A stretch of DNA of 64,000 bases. Origin: the human T2T-CHM13v2.0 reference genome, Homo sapiens. Location: NCBI RefSeq assembly GCF_009914755.1, contig NC_060938.1, one strand, 5' to 3'. Position 1 is the first letter of the stretch, and every line of letters starts with the position of its first letter. Under the pieces are notes generated by a model, which made no database searches, was not told where the DNA came from, and saw nothing but the letters and a program-made list of their open reading frames with translations. A program made the position numbers and the translations under genes. Below, piece after piece: positions 14,096 through 26,098 of the stretch.

Positions 14096-14352
14096 ATGGT
14101 AAATCTACAACAACAATGGAAGACATTCTTATTTTTGCAACTGGTTGCAGTTCCATTCCTCCAGCTGGATTTAAACCCACTCCTTCAATTGAGTGTCTGC
14201 ATGTGGATTTTCCTGTTGGAAACAAGTGTAATAACTGTTTAGCAATTCCCATCACCAATACATATAAAGAGTTTCAAGAAAATATGGACTTCACCATAAG
14301 AAACACTCTAAGACTAGAAAAGGAAGAAAGTTCTCATTACATTGGACATTAA
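14096..14352 (+). CDS. G2E3: G2E3 last coding exon ([17 protein letters not shown]...SSHYIGH*), HECT C-lobe
   Basis: ttttcAG acceptor; LIFATG motif; Cys in [14 protein letters not shown] at the HECT catalytic-Cys position; TAA at 14350-14352. Confidence 0.96.
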
Positions 14353-14974
14353 AATGTTTCCTTGAACAAAGAGAAGCTTCTTTAAAAGCTGCTATTGATA
14401 ACTCTCTTTTATTTCACTAACCTTTTCATCATCACTTTGAACAAACTAGTTAGCTTCTTGACCTAATAAAATTTATGATATGAATATAAAGGAATATTAT
14501 AGCCACTTAGGCTAAAAAAAGGTTTTTTTTGTTAAAGCATACTAGTCAAAATTGGTGATAATTTCTCATTTTCTTGATATAGATACTTCATAAACCTCAA
14601 TATAAATACTCTCAAAATGGTTGTATGGATTTTATTTAGGTATGGTAGCATGGTTAATAAAAGTAAAAACTGTTTTACTCACATTTTTTGTAAATTAGGA
14701 TTACATATAGAATGCCACAATTTCTCTAGGTTTATTCAATTTTCAAATTATTCCTCATTTTATTTTAAAGCATTAAATAGAAAAGCTAATTGGTTAAATT
14801 TTGTTATATAAATCAGAGTCATATATTCTGGGATTTGTGTTACTATGCATACTTTTCTAGGATGTCACCAAATTAGTTGTTTAAAATGTTTTTAGATTAC
14901 TGATTTATATTAAGATGACCCACACTGCAATTAGATTATGCCTAGTGGGAAGTATTATATAAAAAGCAGAATTA

Positions 14975-15085
14975 AGCTGGGCACATGTGCTTGTAATCTC
15001 AGTTATAAGGGAGGCTGAGGTGGGAGAATCGAGATACTCAGCCAGCCTGGCAATGTAGCAAAGACTCCATCTCAAAAAAAAAAAA
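14975..15085 (+). mobile_element. Monomeric Alu (FAM/FLAM-like) in the G2E3 3' UTR
   Basis: ggaggctgaggtgggagaatcg...ccatctc + A-tail; TSD cagaatt. Confidence 0.78.
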
Positions 15086-15216
15086 CAGAATTGCACAAAT
15101 TTTCTGGAATCTATGGACATTCCATGAGCTTAAACACTTTTGAGGTGGATAACATTTAGTTGAAAATACCTAAGAAAGTGTGTCTTCTTTAAAGCCTTGG
15201 CTTTAATCATGGGAAA

Positions 15217-15240
15217 TTGTTGTTGTTGTTGTTGTTGTTT
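15217..15240. repeat. (GTT)n microsatellite in the 3' UTR
   Basis: ttgttgttgttgttgttgttgttt. Confidence 0.9.
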
Positions 15241-17861
15241 GTATCCTATGTTTGGTATTCTGTATGTCTGATCCATAATCATTTTAGATATTTGAATGAT
15301 CTCTGTGGATTGGTAGGTTTGGCCATTTGACCATTATTTATTATCAAGTTGGTTGTATGCTAAGGTAAGTTGACGCCATAGCATTATACAGTTATCTTCA
15401 TTGCTCTTGAATGATATCTGTTATATAAGCAATGTATAAATAAAGTAAAAAGGATAGAATGAAAAACCCATTCTAATGTCACCACTCAGAGATAAGTACC
15501 GTATTTCTGTGTATCCTTCTATAAACTCTTTACTTCTGTTTCCTTTATTTTTTAACTTTAATAATGCTACTAAAAGACAATACCTAAAAGTAACTGTACT
15601 AACAAAGTGCTAACAATGTGAAAATATATAGTCCCATAGTCATGTCCCCATATTTATACTCCCACAGAAGAAAAAATTGGAAAACAAAGTCTGATGTCCT
15701 TAATCTATTAACATATTTAAATGATATAATGGTTCAGTTTTCCATGAAAGTAAATCATTATGGGAAGTAAAATGTTTTAACCATATTTTTCTTAATACAC
15801 AAAGCAGGTGTCAGCTGTTGTATTCTCACCCTTCTTAAGAAAAATCATTACATTATTGATATTTTTTAAGTAACAGAATAGATTTGAAAGAGATAATATA
15901 TCTCTTAATACCAAAGGAAAACTAAAACATAATTCTAGTGTACTTTTCTTTGTTCCCTCATGTCTTTTTCAATCTGTACACTAACATACCTAGCAAATTT
16001 GTTTTACTTTAACTTGAAATATTTAAGAACATTAAACAAGACATTTCTTTGGCTTTGGTTGAATTTTTTTGTCTCACCAATAGTAATTGAAAGATCAATT
16101 ATCAAAGAGTTTGAATAGCTAATATAAACCCCAAAGTCACCATACAGTTTTTATTCCAAATATGTTGATAAAAAGATATTTGTTTCTTTATCCACCTTAT
16201 TTTTATTACAGCTAAAAACCAATACAAACCAATAAAACCTAGTTAAAGCTATTTTCTGGTTTTTAGTTGCAATTAATTTCCCCTAGGGTAGAAATTAAAG
16301 CTGATTAAGTCACACACACATACTTTGTTGGGGTGGGGGTGGCAGGTGGAGAGGCAGTGTACTTGGGTTAGCTACAATTAAAAACAGTATTTCAATTCCT
16401 CATTTGACTTATTTTATATATAGACAGGGCCTTAGTGATAAGATGGTGTAAATAATTTAGGATATTCATGTTTTAAAGTGAAGCATAAATATTTATTTTG
16501 CAAAATGTTTTCTAGTTTGAAGGATGTTCCATTATTACCATTTTTAGATTAATCTGTATGGTCAAGGAATATCAGAGAAACCTGTAGGTTATTTATTTTC
16601 TGCAGTGTCATTTTGTCAAATGGTTGGTATTATAATTGTTCTTTTCTTATTAATTTTATAACCAGTGCATAATTCTTACATTAGATTTTAAAAAAGAATT
16701 ATGCTATAAATCTTTATAAATGTGTACATATATTTCTTAAATATTGCAATTGCCTAAATGTTGTATATTTTAAGGCTGTTTTCTCTTGCTCTTAATGTTG
16801 AGGAAAACTATAAATTGATCTATAATGCATCTACTGTTAATGGTTTTGGTTAGTTTGATATTCATTGTTTTTAAACACTTTCCAATATGGAAACTTTAAC
16901 ACCTTTTATACAATTCTCTACTATTCAAGATATTCTTTAAAATATCTCACCAGAAACTTACAATTTTATACTTTGTAATTTTTAGTTTCTGTAATTTGAG
17001 GAAGTGACTTTTTTTGTTTGGGTTAAGTAAAAAGCCTTTGATTGATTACCAGCATGAGAATTCACCTTGGTTTCTATTTTATGCATTTGTAAATTTTTCC
17101 CCTAATTATATGGAAGCTATTGGAACTTTTGTATTCAGTGCTAAATACTAAGTCAAGGGGAGTATATTAGGTAAGTTTTTTCAGTGACTGTGCCTTTAGC
17201 ATTCAGTCATTATAAGAAAATGATCAGAACAAAATCATTACATTATAAACATGTAATTCTTTTATATAGTGATTATCATGTACTGCATTGTTACTTTAAA
17301 ATAAGCTATTAAACTAGTTTTTATGGTTCAAGTAATGCAATACAAAGTTTCATGCTTCAAGTAATGCAATACAAAACATAACCCATTTAATGATGAATTA
17401 CTTGAATGTATATTATCTGTGGTTTAGGAAAATTTGGATTGTCTTGAAGAGACTCAGTTTTCAAGTTCTGATTTTGACCATTATCTCTTCTAATTCATAA
17501 ACATATCCCAGTACCTACACTATGCCAGGTATTATGCTAGGTGATCGTTTATATGTCAGCCTATTTCCCCCCCTTTTAAAGACTGCCAGATTAACCAAAA
17601 AGCGTGACATTTATAACAATGTTTTATAAATAAATAAATGTGTTTATGCCACTAAAGGTAAACTGCCTATTTAAACTAAGTAATTTTTTGGGATTTAATA
17701 AGATTAAGATTCTGACGAAACTGAAAGATACAAGATTCCTTTACTCTCCACATTTGAGAGATCCTATAAGCAAGCAGTTAGTGTCTGACACCCAGGAACC
17801 TATAGAAATGAGGGAATCTGTGTTAAAACTATGTATCCTCTAATGTAAAATAGCTTACCAG

Positions 17862-17867
17862 AATAAA
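17862..17867 (+). terminator. G2E3: Probable distal polyadenylation signal of G2E3
   Basis: AATAAA near the end of the repeat-poor AU-rich stretch; tandem AATAAA at 17629-17638 is an alternative. Confidence 0.55.
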
Positions 17868-18450
17868 TTATTTAAGCCAAAAATCTGGACTCAGATAAAT
17901 GGCTATAGTAAATTAGGTTAATGAACAATCTGTAGCCATAGATTATTTTCAGTCTTTCTGATTCTAATAAAACAAATACCTTATTCAGTCTCAGCCTTAC
18001 AAGGGCTATTTGTCTATGGTTGCTGTTCTTCTGTGAGGTGTATTTTTCTATAAATTTATTGCCCACATTCTGTGCACTTGGTCAGGAGTTTTTATCATTT
18101 CATATATATGCAGTGTACATCAATTTTAAAATTGTCTTCGTGGTTTTAACATGACTCATAGTCTTGGGAGAGAATCTGTGATGGAACTGAAGTGGCTCAA
18201 TGATGGATTTGCATTTGAAAGTGGAAGTACCCAAATGAGCAAAATTGGGCTCTCAGACATTTTATATTTCATAGAGACTGTAGAATGCAGTAGAACTTTC
18301 CCATAGGGCAGAAATAATTTGTTTAGTTGGAACACACCTAGATCATTGAAGATTCCTTCAAAATATTAGTAATAGTACTGAAGACACACATGTATTCCAG
18401 TTAATTTCTTAATGAATGTGCCAATTAGCTATAAAAATGAGATTACATAA

Positions 18451-18747
18451 TTTTTTTTTCTTTTTTGAGACAGAATCTCACTCAGTCACCCAGGCTGGAG
18501 TGCAGTGGCGCGATCTCTGCTCACTGCATCCTCCGCCTCCCAGGTTCAAGCAGTTCTTCCTGCCTCAGCCTCCCCAGTAGCTGGGATTAAAGGCGCCCAC
18601 CACCACACCCGGCTAATTTTGTATTTTTAGTAGAGACCGGGTTTCACCATGTTGGCCAGGCTGTTCTCGAACTACTGACGTCAGGTGATCTGCCCACCTC
18701 TACCTCCCAAAGTGCTGGGATTACAGGCGTGAGCCACCGCACCCGGC
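18451..18747 (-). mobile_element. Alu (AluS-like), intergenic
   Basis: Antisense dimer; TSD agatta(ca/tg)taa. Confidence 0.94.
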
Positions 18748-19084
18748 AGAGATTATGTAATAAGATAACCTGTTTTAAATGTCACAAAAATAAATTTTTA
18801 TTAATGAAAAAAGCCAGTGTTTCACACTATAAAACAATATATAATCGTTAGGCTAACCATTTCATTTATATAATTGTGAAAGTTAAGCTTTTGAGGTACA
18901 GAGTGATTTCATTTCAGAATTTGGTGCAACTTCATAATGAAGCGTCATCAATGAACTCGGGAAATGAGGTGTCATTGTGTATCCATTTTGGTCATACAGT
19001 AAAATCTATGGATTAAGTTAGAAATCATCTATCCCATATATTTTGCGGTCACGTGGCTTCAAGTGTACATTAAACCGCCAGCAC

Positions 19085-19462
19085 AAGACCAGCCTGGCCA
19101 ACATGGTGAATCCCCGTCTCTACAAAAAAAAAAAAAAAAAATTTAGCCGGGCGTGGTGACCCCTGCCTATAGTCCCAACTAGTGGGCAGTCTGAGGTGGA
19201 AGGATAGTTTGGGAGGATCGCTTGAGTCCGGGAGGTCGAGACTACAGTGAGCCGAGATTCTGCCACTGCACTCCAGCCTGAGCGACAGACAGTGAGATAC
19301 TATCTCAAAAACAAAACAACAACAAAAACCAGCACATCAGCCTGGCCTGATGGTGTGCCCCTGTAGTCCCTAGCTACTTGGGAGACTGAAGCAGGAGGAT
19401 CGTTTGACCGTCAGAATTTGAGGCTGCAGTGATCCCTGATTGCGCGCTCCAGCCTAGGCAAC
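19085..19462 (+). mobile_element. 5'-truncated Alu (19085-19328) followed by an Alu monomer (19339-19462)
   Basis: Alu sequence; ccagcaca repeated on both flanks of the first element. Confidence 0.85.
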
Positions 19463-19959
19463 ACACCCCACTACTGCTTGACTTCCTTCCCACGGCAAGG
19501 TGATTTTGCAATTACTACAAGGAAAGAGGAGAAATGCTAATTTCTCATTTTGTACCTCCCTGGATCCCGTGTCCATGCCGGCAGAACGCCACCATAAAGC
19601 TACACCTTTTTTTTTAAAGAGATGCGACTGAGAAATATGCCAGATCAGAGTAATGCTCCAATGCTTTCCGTTTCTCTGGAGAAAGGAGCAAAGGGAAGAC
19701 TCCTGCTGCACTGAGAAACGAGAGCTAACGTTAAAATGTTGCCTGTGTTTCAGGAGCTTCATTTACTTCAGTCCTGTGGTCCTTATACTCCTAGAGCATT
19801 ATCACCCTTTAAGTGCTCTGTAAGTCACCAAACCAACAGTTCAGTAATTAGGTTCTTAGCACTACACGCTCCTACCCTAACAGCTCAATTTAATGTTGCT
19901 ACCATTTGAGAGAGTGTGGCTTGATTCGGTAGGATAAAAACTCTTAGTATTCGCCTAAC

Positions 19960-20300
19960 ATTACGGGCCACTGAATTAACCTGCACCGGGTCTCCCAGTT
20001 CTACCGAGAGTGGAGGTCTTCCTGGAGGAGGTGGGGTCCGGAACTCAGGCACACCCTTTGGCCCCGCCCTTCCGGGCTTTGCTTCCGGGGCGGTAAGGGC
20101 AGCCACGTCATCCCCCCGCTCCGCTCCCCAGCCGGGCAGTGGCTCGTGGGAGCCAAGATGGCGGCGGCGGCGGCAGCGACAGCAGCAGCAGCAGCCAGTA
20201 TTCGGGAAAGGCAGACAGGTACTGACTTATTCTCTTCTCCTTGAAGCTTCGTGACTGCCCCGACGACATCCTTCTCCTCTGGTGCGTGCAGCTCAGAGAC
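19960..20300 (+). promoter_or_regulatory. SCFD1: SCFD1 CpG-rich TATA-less promoter
   Basis: Local CpG/GC enrichment; GC boxes at 20062-20069 and 20087-20093; ETS-type CTTCCGG at 20069 and 20082; CCACGTCA at 20103; YY1-type CAAGATGGCGGC over the ATG. Confidence 0.88.
20158..20218 (+). CDS. SCFD1: SCFD1 exon 1 coding part (MAAAAAATAAAAASIRERQT)
   Basis: ATG in strong context (aagATGG); GTactg donor; 61 nt, phase 1; matches Sly1/SCFD1 N-terminus. Confidence 0.96.
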
Positions 20301-22129
20301 CGATCTCCAGGAGTTTAATCCAGTCCCTAGAACATCAAGAGCCCCTCCCCTTTGAGTTTTTGGGGAGAAGTTGCCATTAGCTTGAGGACTCGGTTCCTCC
20401 TGTGGTGCAGGAGAAGGAGCTTCAGCGGTGGGCGGATTGCTACGGCCCTGCTCTTGTCTCCTTCCTAGTGGGCATCAGAAGGCCATCACAACAAGATCTA
20501 GCAGCTGATAGCTTCTTATCTATGTTGCCACCTATGAGGTCTCCGAGTTTCTGTGCGTGGTTCAGTTCTCCTGGTTTTGATTTTTAAGAGAACTCCCATT
20601 TTCTGACACTCAGAGAATTTAGGTATTTTCACAGCGGCTTGCTTTGCGCCACTTCTCTACTTCGGACCAGTCTTTTGGGGGTACCTGCAGAAAAATGCCT
20701 GGTGATAAACATTTTCTCCTTCAGCTTGCTGGAAGGCATTGAAGAATGGCAAAACAAATGAATTAATAGCTTTCTCATTTTAATTGTTTGACACATTGTT
20801 TTAAAATAATATTTTATCTTCAATAGAGCATGTTTATATAGCTTCTATTTATGCAGAGAAATGTAAAAAGGCACATATTCTTCTCTTGAGTTTTGGGTTT
20901 TTTTCCGTCTTAGAAATTAGTTTTGCCTTACTTGAAAACTTCTCATGACAACTTGGTTTATACCTGTTAGCTACAAACTAAAGGTTTATACTTGTTAACT
21001 AGTTGTCTTAAAAGTTTTCAAGCAATTTATTCTGAGGAGCTAATAGAAATAAGGCATCAAGAATGTGCATACTTGGAATTCTGTTTCCTGAAATTATGCT
21101 CTGTTGGATATAAATATGAATAGGAAAATAAATTTATAATTCATATGACCTACAGAAGGGATTTGGGCTGTACTTGATTCCTTCCTTTGGCATTTAAAGA
21201 AAAAGTGATAGACTTCAATTTAGTAATGACACACAAAAGATACTGAGTTGCGTTCTGCTTTTCCCAGTAAATAATTTAGTATAACCTATCAGGTGAAGTC
21301 AGGCATAACTAAATATAGGGAAGTTCAAATAAGATTTGGGGCATACCTGCCATTCGTTGTATATGTTTAAACAAATGGAAGCTCCATTTGTTTTAATACT
21401 GTGTTTCTGATGACTATACTACATATTAAAATAACGTGTCAGTAAAACTGTACCAATACAAGAGAGCTTTTTGAAAAATAAATTTGCGTGGCCGTAAACT
21501 TGTATGCAGAAATTTTGTAGATCATTAAAATCTAATCGTTTGTATTTCTGCAGAAATAAACATAGTAAGATTTTACAGAATTACTAGGTAGTGCTAGATC
21601 TATTTTTTATCAAATTTTTACTGTCATTGAATTCTGCCTTATTTTCAGAGGAAGGTAAATCCTTGTATATATATTATAATGCAGAATTAGCTATTTCCCT
21701 CATGCCTATGGAGAATGTTTTGGGAGATAACTCACAGTCCTTAAATATTCTAGATACTAGAATATTTGGGTGGATGAGATAATAGTTGGCATTTATTGAG
21801 CATTTACTATTGTTAGGCATTGCATTAGGTGATTATGTATTATCTCCATTTTACAGGTGAGGAAAGTAAGATAGAGGTAAACTAACGTGCCTGTTTCTTG
21901 CTTTGCCTGCCTGAAAAATCTTTATTGGTCTCCTGAAAAATCTTTATTGATCTTTTGAAGGTCATCCCACAAGCCATCTCCTTTCTTCCTGGTTCACTGT
22001 CCCCTCTATCCATACCTTCAGTTCAATAGGTAGAATCAGTTGCCTCCTGCTCCGTGTTACTGTTGTTCTTCATTGAATGCGTCTTCGTTACAGGTTCTTG
22101 CACATCTTCCCAGCTTCTCAACATTGCAG

Positions 22130-23050
22130 GGTCCCATTAGTGTTCTCATCTAGCGCCTTAGCTTTCAGTATTATCTGTATGTTGATGATTCCCAGGTTTA
22201 TATCCCTAGTCTGGCCGTCCCATCTGAACTCAGTCTACTCCATATCAGTTAATGGCAGTTCCGTCCTTTTAGTTGTTCAGGTCAAAAACCTTGAAGTTTT
22301 CTTGACTTGTCTCTTTCATGTCTCATGTAAGATCTTTCAGTAAATCTTGTCAGTTCTACTCTGAAAATACATCCAGGATCTGACTGTTGTCATTGCTATT
22401 CCGAGGTCCTGTCCACCATGAATTTCTGCAGTAACCTATTTGGTCTCTTTGCTTTTACAATCCTGTTCTCCTTCATTATTTTTCACACAGTACCCAAACT
22501 GATCATGCCATATGTTTGCTCAAAATCTTCCAGCATCTTCCCATTTCAACCATGATAAAAGCCAAAGTGATCTTACAGTGTTCTACAAGGCTTTATACGA
22601 TCTGGTTTCCATGTAGCTTTTGGACCTCACTCCCTATTTCTCTTCCCTCTCCTTGAACCCACCAGGAATGCTCCCACCTTCGAGCCTTTGTATTTGTTTC
22701 TTCTTTGTGGAGTACTGTTTCAGAGATAATCTCCATGGCTCACTCCCTCACTTCCTTTAGGTCTTTACTCAAATGTTACCTTCTCAGGAGGCTTTCCCCA
22801 ATTATTCTGTTTAAAATTACACCTCAACTCCATCTTCCCCTTTCCCAATCTTACCTTTCTTCAAAGCACTTACCATGATCTACATACCATATGTTTTACT
22901 TTTTTTTTATTTTATTTTTTTTATCCCCCAATTAGAATGAAAGCTACTTGAGGACAGGCGATTTTATTCACTGTTTTGTTCAGTTGCTAGATCCCCAATA
23001 ACTACAGTGCCTGTGGTGAGCACTCATCAAACGTGTTGAATGAATGAATA
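22130..23050 (+). mobile_element. L2 3' portion
   Basis: Pyrimidine-rich L2 body ending ...ttgttcagttgctagatcccc...gtgttgaatgaatgaa. Confidence 0.75.
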
Positions 23051-23096
23051 GTGTGTATGTAAGTAATGACATTAACCAAGTCTAGGAATATGGATA

Positions 23097-23271
23097 CAGG
23101 TTGAGTATCCCTTATCCAAAATGCTTGCGACCAGGAGTGTTTTTGATTTTGGAATATTTGCATTATTACTGGTTGAGCATCCCAAATTTCAAAATCCGAG
23201 CACCAGCTTAAAAAATTTTGATTTTGGAGCATTTCAGGTTTCAGATATTAAGACTTGGGATGCTCAACCTG
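23097..23271. mobile_element. Tigger4a-like MITE
   Basis: TIR caggttgagtatccc...gggatgctcaacctg with TA on both flanks; internal TIR copy at 23171. Confidence 0.85.
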
Positions 23272-23418
23272 TAGTATATTTAGAGCCAATAAGAAAAATG
23301 GTTTGTCATTTCAGATAAAGTCATGGTTTAAGCCTTGGGTAAACTCTGATAAAAGTAAAATTACGTTCTTGTAAACTCTGAACACAGGCCGTGTACTCCA
23401 TTAACAAATCCTTTTTGT

Positions 23419-23585
23419 TATAGGTATAGGTATACCTATATAGGTATAGGTATATAGGCATATAGGTATACCTATATAGGTATAGGTATATAGGCATATA
23501 GGTATACCTATATAGGTATAGGTATATAGGTATATAGGTATATAGGTATATCAATAGGTATATTGATATAGGTAAAAGGTATATC
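23419..23585. repeat. Palindromic (TATAGG)-based minisatellite, 3 x 36 bp (23425-23532) plus degenerate flanks
   Basis: Unit tataggtatacctatataggtataggtatataggca. Confidence 0.92.
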
Positions 23586-24125
23586 AAAATACCTTTTAAT
23601 AAGTTAGCCAAGGCTCAAAGTTGGAGAAAATCTCAGACTGGGCTGAGAAGGCGAATGTAGGATTATCTTATTTGCTGCTGCTGGCCTCTTTCAGTTAGCT
23701 AAGGCCTAACTGTGCAGCATACTAAACACCTGAGGCTCACATGGCAGCTCAGGCTTTCGTTCTTCCAAGTTGTCAGGCTTCAAGAGTGTGAACAGCTGTT
23801 CCCAGAAACAGGGTTTCCTCCCTCTTGGGCGTGAGTGCCAGGGTGGTGGTGTCTTTATTGCCTGGAGGTGGAGGAAGAGCTCTGCAAATGCACAGTGGGA
23901 GAGTTAATCCTGAAACCCCCTCCGTGCTTCCTGTGTTATTTCAGTTTTAAGTGTTAAACTGTTTTTTTGTTTATATTAAATATATTTAATATTATAAATA
24001 CATTAAATAAAATACATTTTTATTTAATGTAAAACCTGTGGGCCTCTGAAGTAGGTAATATTGGTAATGTGTATTTTTGGCTGGACATTAGGTAATAACA
24101 TTTTACCAAAAATTATGTCTGTAGG

Positions 24126-24620
24126 TGTATGGTAAATACACCTGATAGCAATAACTTAAGCGTGCCCTGAGAATGACCCTGTATTGCAGACACACCTGGA
24201 TATGTGTTTCAAGCTAGGGAATCAAAATGGCCCACCTGGAGATTCATTCCTTGTCTGTGAGGAACATCTGAGCCCCCAGCCCATCCAGTGAAACATAGGC
24301 CATGCAGTGGATCAAGGCCCCGAGTTTTGGGTTGAATGAAGGTTGCCAGGTGGAGGTTGTTAGGGAAATGTTAAGTGAAAATGCTGTATAAACCACATTT
24401 TTGCTATATAAACCACTTTTTGCATGCAGTTATGGTTCTCCTGCCCAGCGCATTGCCACTGAGTATACAGTTCTCCTGTCCAGCCCACTGTCACTGGACT
24501 CTCCTATGTGTGTTGCCCCCATTAAAACCCTGTGTCTCATTTCCTGGCTCCGGGTCTCTTCTTAGGCCTCTCAAACATGGGTATCTTCCCCACTGGAGGC
24601 AATAAGGGTTCGGCACAACA
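24126..24620 (+). mobile_element. Solo ERV LTR (LTR47/LTR32-like; subfamily uncertain)
   Basis: TG...CA ends, flanks gtagg/gtatg, TATAAA boxes near 24387 and 24407, ATTAAA at 24521. Confidence 0.75.
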
Positions 24621-25141
24621 GTATGTACACACACATAAGTATGCAAATGTATCACTGAAGTACAATCTGTTCAGTAATAGCAGTTTTAACAGCATTATAC
24701 CTACCTCAGCAAGCAAGCATTTAATAGAAGTTTTTCTTGTGAGTGAATGAATATGCTGTAAGTTGATATTCAGGTGATTTTAGTATTACATAGTTCTCTC
24801 GTAGGACTTTGGAGTATAGGTTATTCTGTATTACTTAAAGCCTGATGCAAATGTTTTTAACAATCAACCAAGTGGATTTTAAGGCTGTCAATTTTATAAA
24901 AATTAAATCAAGAAATTACAACTAGTATACTCTCTTGAATATTTGGCCATCTCAGTTTCACGAAGAAGTATATTAAGGGATTTTCATTTTCTGTAACACT
25001 GTTACAGATGAGTGATAAATAACACAAAATACTGTAACAGACCCGTAACTGTGATTTTTGATGTTGTATATTTGCTTAGCTGGAATTATCAGTTATCTAC
25101 TATATGGGAAAGTCTGTTTTCCCAAGGGACATAGAATTTTA

Positions 25142-25696
<555 letters not shown>

Positions 25697-26027
25697 TTAC
25701 CTTAATCTATGCTTTCAGCCAGACAGTACACAGGCAACAGCATCAGTATATTGAGGCCATTGCAAGTTCTTCCTGAACATTTCCCGCGATTTCATCTGTG
25801 GACAGATGCTTATTGTGTTTTGGGAAATCTCCCAAATACATGTCAATTAGCTGTCGATGGAATAGTCTTACAAGATCTGACCCCTAGTTCTACACATATA
25901 GTCATTTGGTTAATCAGTTTTACTAGAGTTGATTAGTTTATTTTGCTTTGGGGTAGTGAATGATGATGGAGGAAAAATAAAATCCTAAAAAACAATGACA
26001 ATATTTGATAAAACTTTTTATTTTCAG

Positions 26028-26098
26028 TGGCTTTGAAGCGTATGTTGAATTTCAATGTGCCTCATATTAAAAACAGCACAGGAGAACCAGTATGGAAG
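26028..26098 (+). CDS. SCFD1: SCFD1 exon 2 (VALKRMLNFN...EPVWK)
   Basis: ttttcAG / GTaaga; 71 nt; frame continuous. Confidence 0.96.

Larger units (their letters stand above)
14353..17885 (+). other. G2E3: G2E3 3' UTR (long, AU-rich; end approximate)
   Basis: Follows the stop codon; nearly repeat-free; AATAAA at 14465, 15439, 17629/17633 and 17862. Confidence 0.7.

Noticed and set aside
19463-19500. cccactactgcttgact resembling a Y RNA 3' end
   Set aside because: Match too short; no Y RNA 5' stem, terminator or TSD
19885-20106. 73-aa antisense ORF at the SCFD1 promoter
   Set aside because: Expected by chance in GC-rich sequence; no recognisable homology
23419-23585. Repeat array considered as CRISPR-like or telomere-like
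   Set aside because: No unique spacers, eukaryotic context, and the unit is TATAGG-based rather than TTAGGG
23321-23611. 96-aa ORF with YLYLYRYTYMPI repeats
   Set aside because: Product of the 36-bp minisatellite; no splice or promoter support
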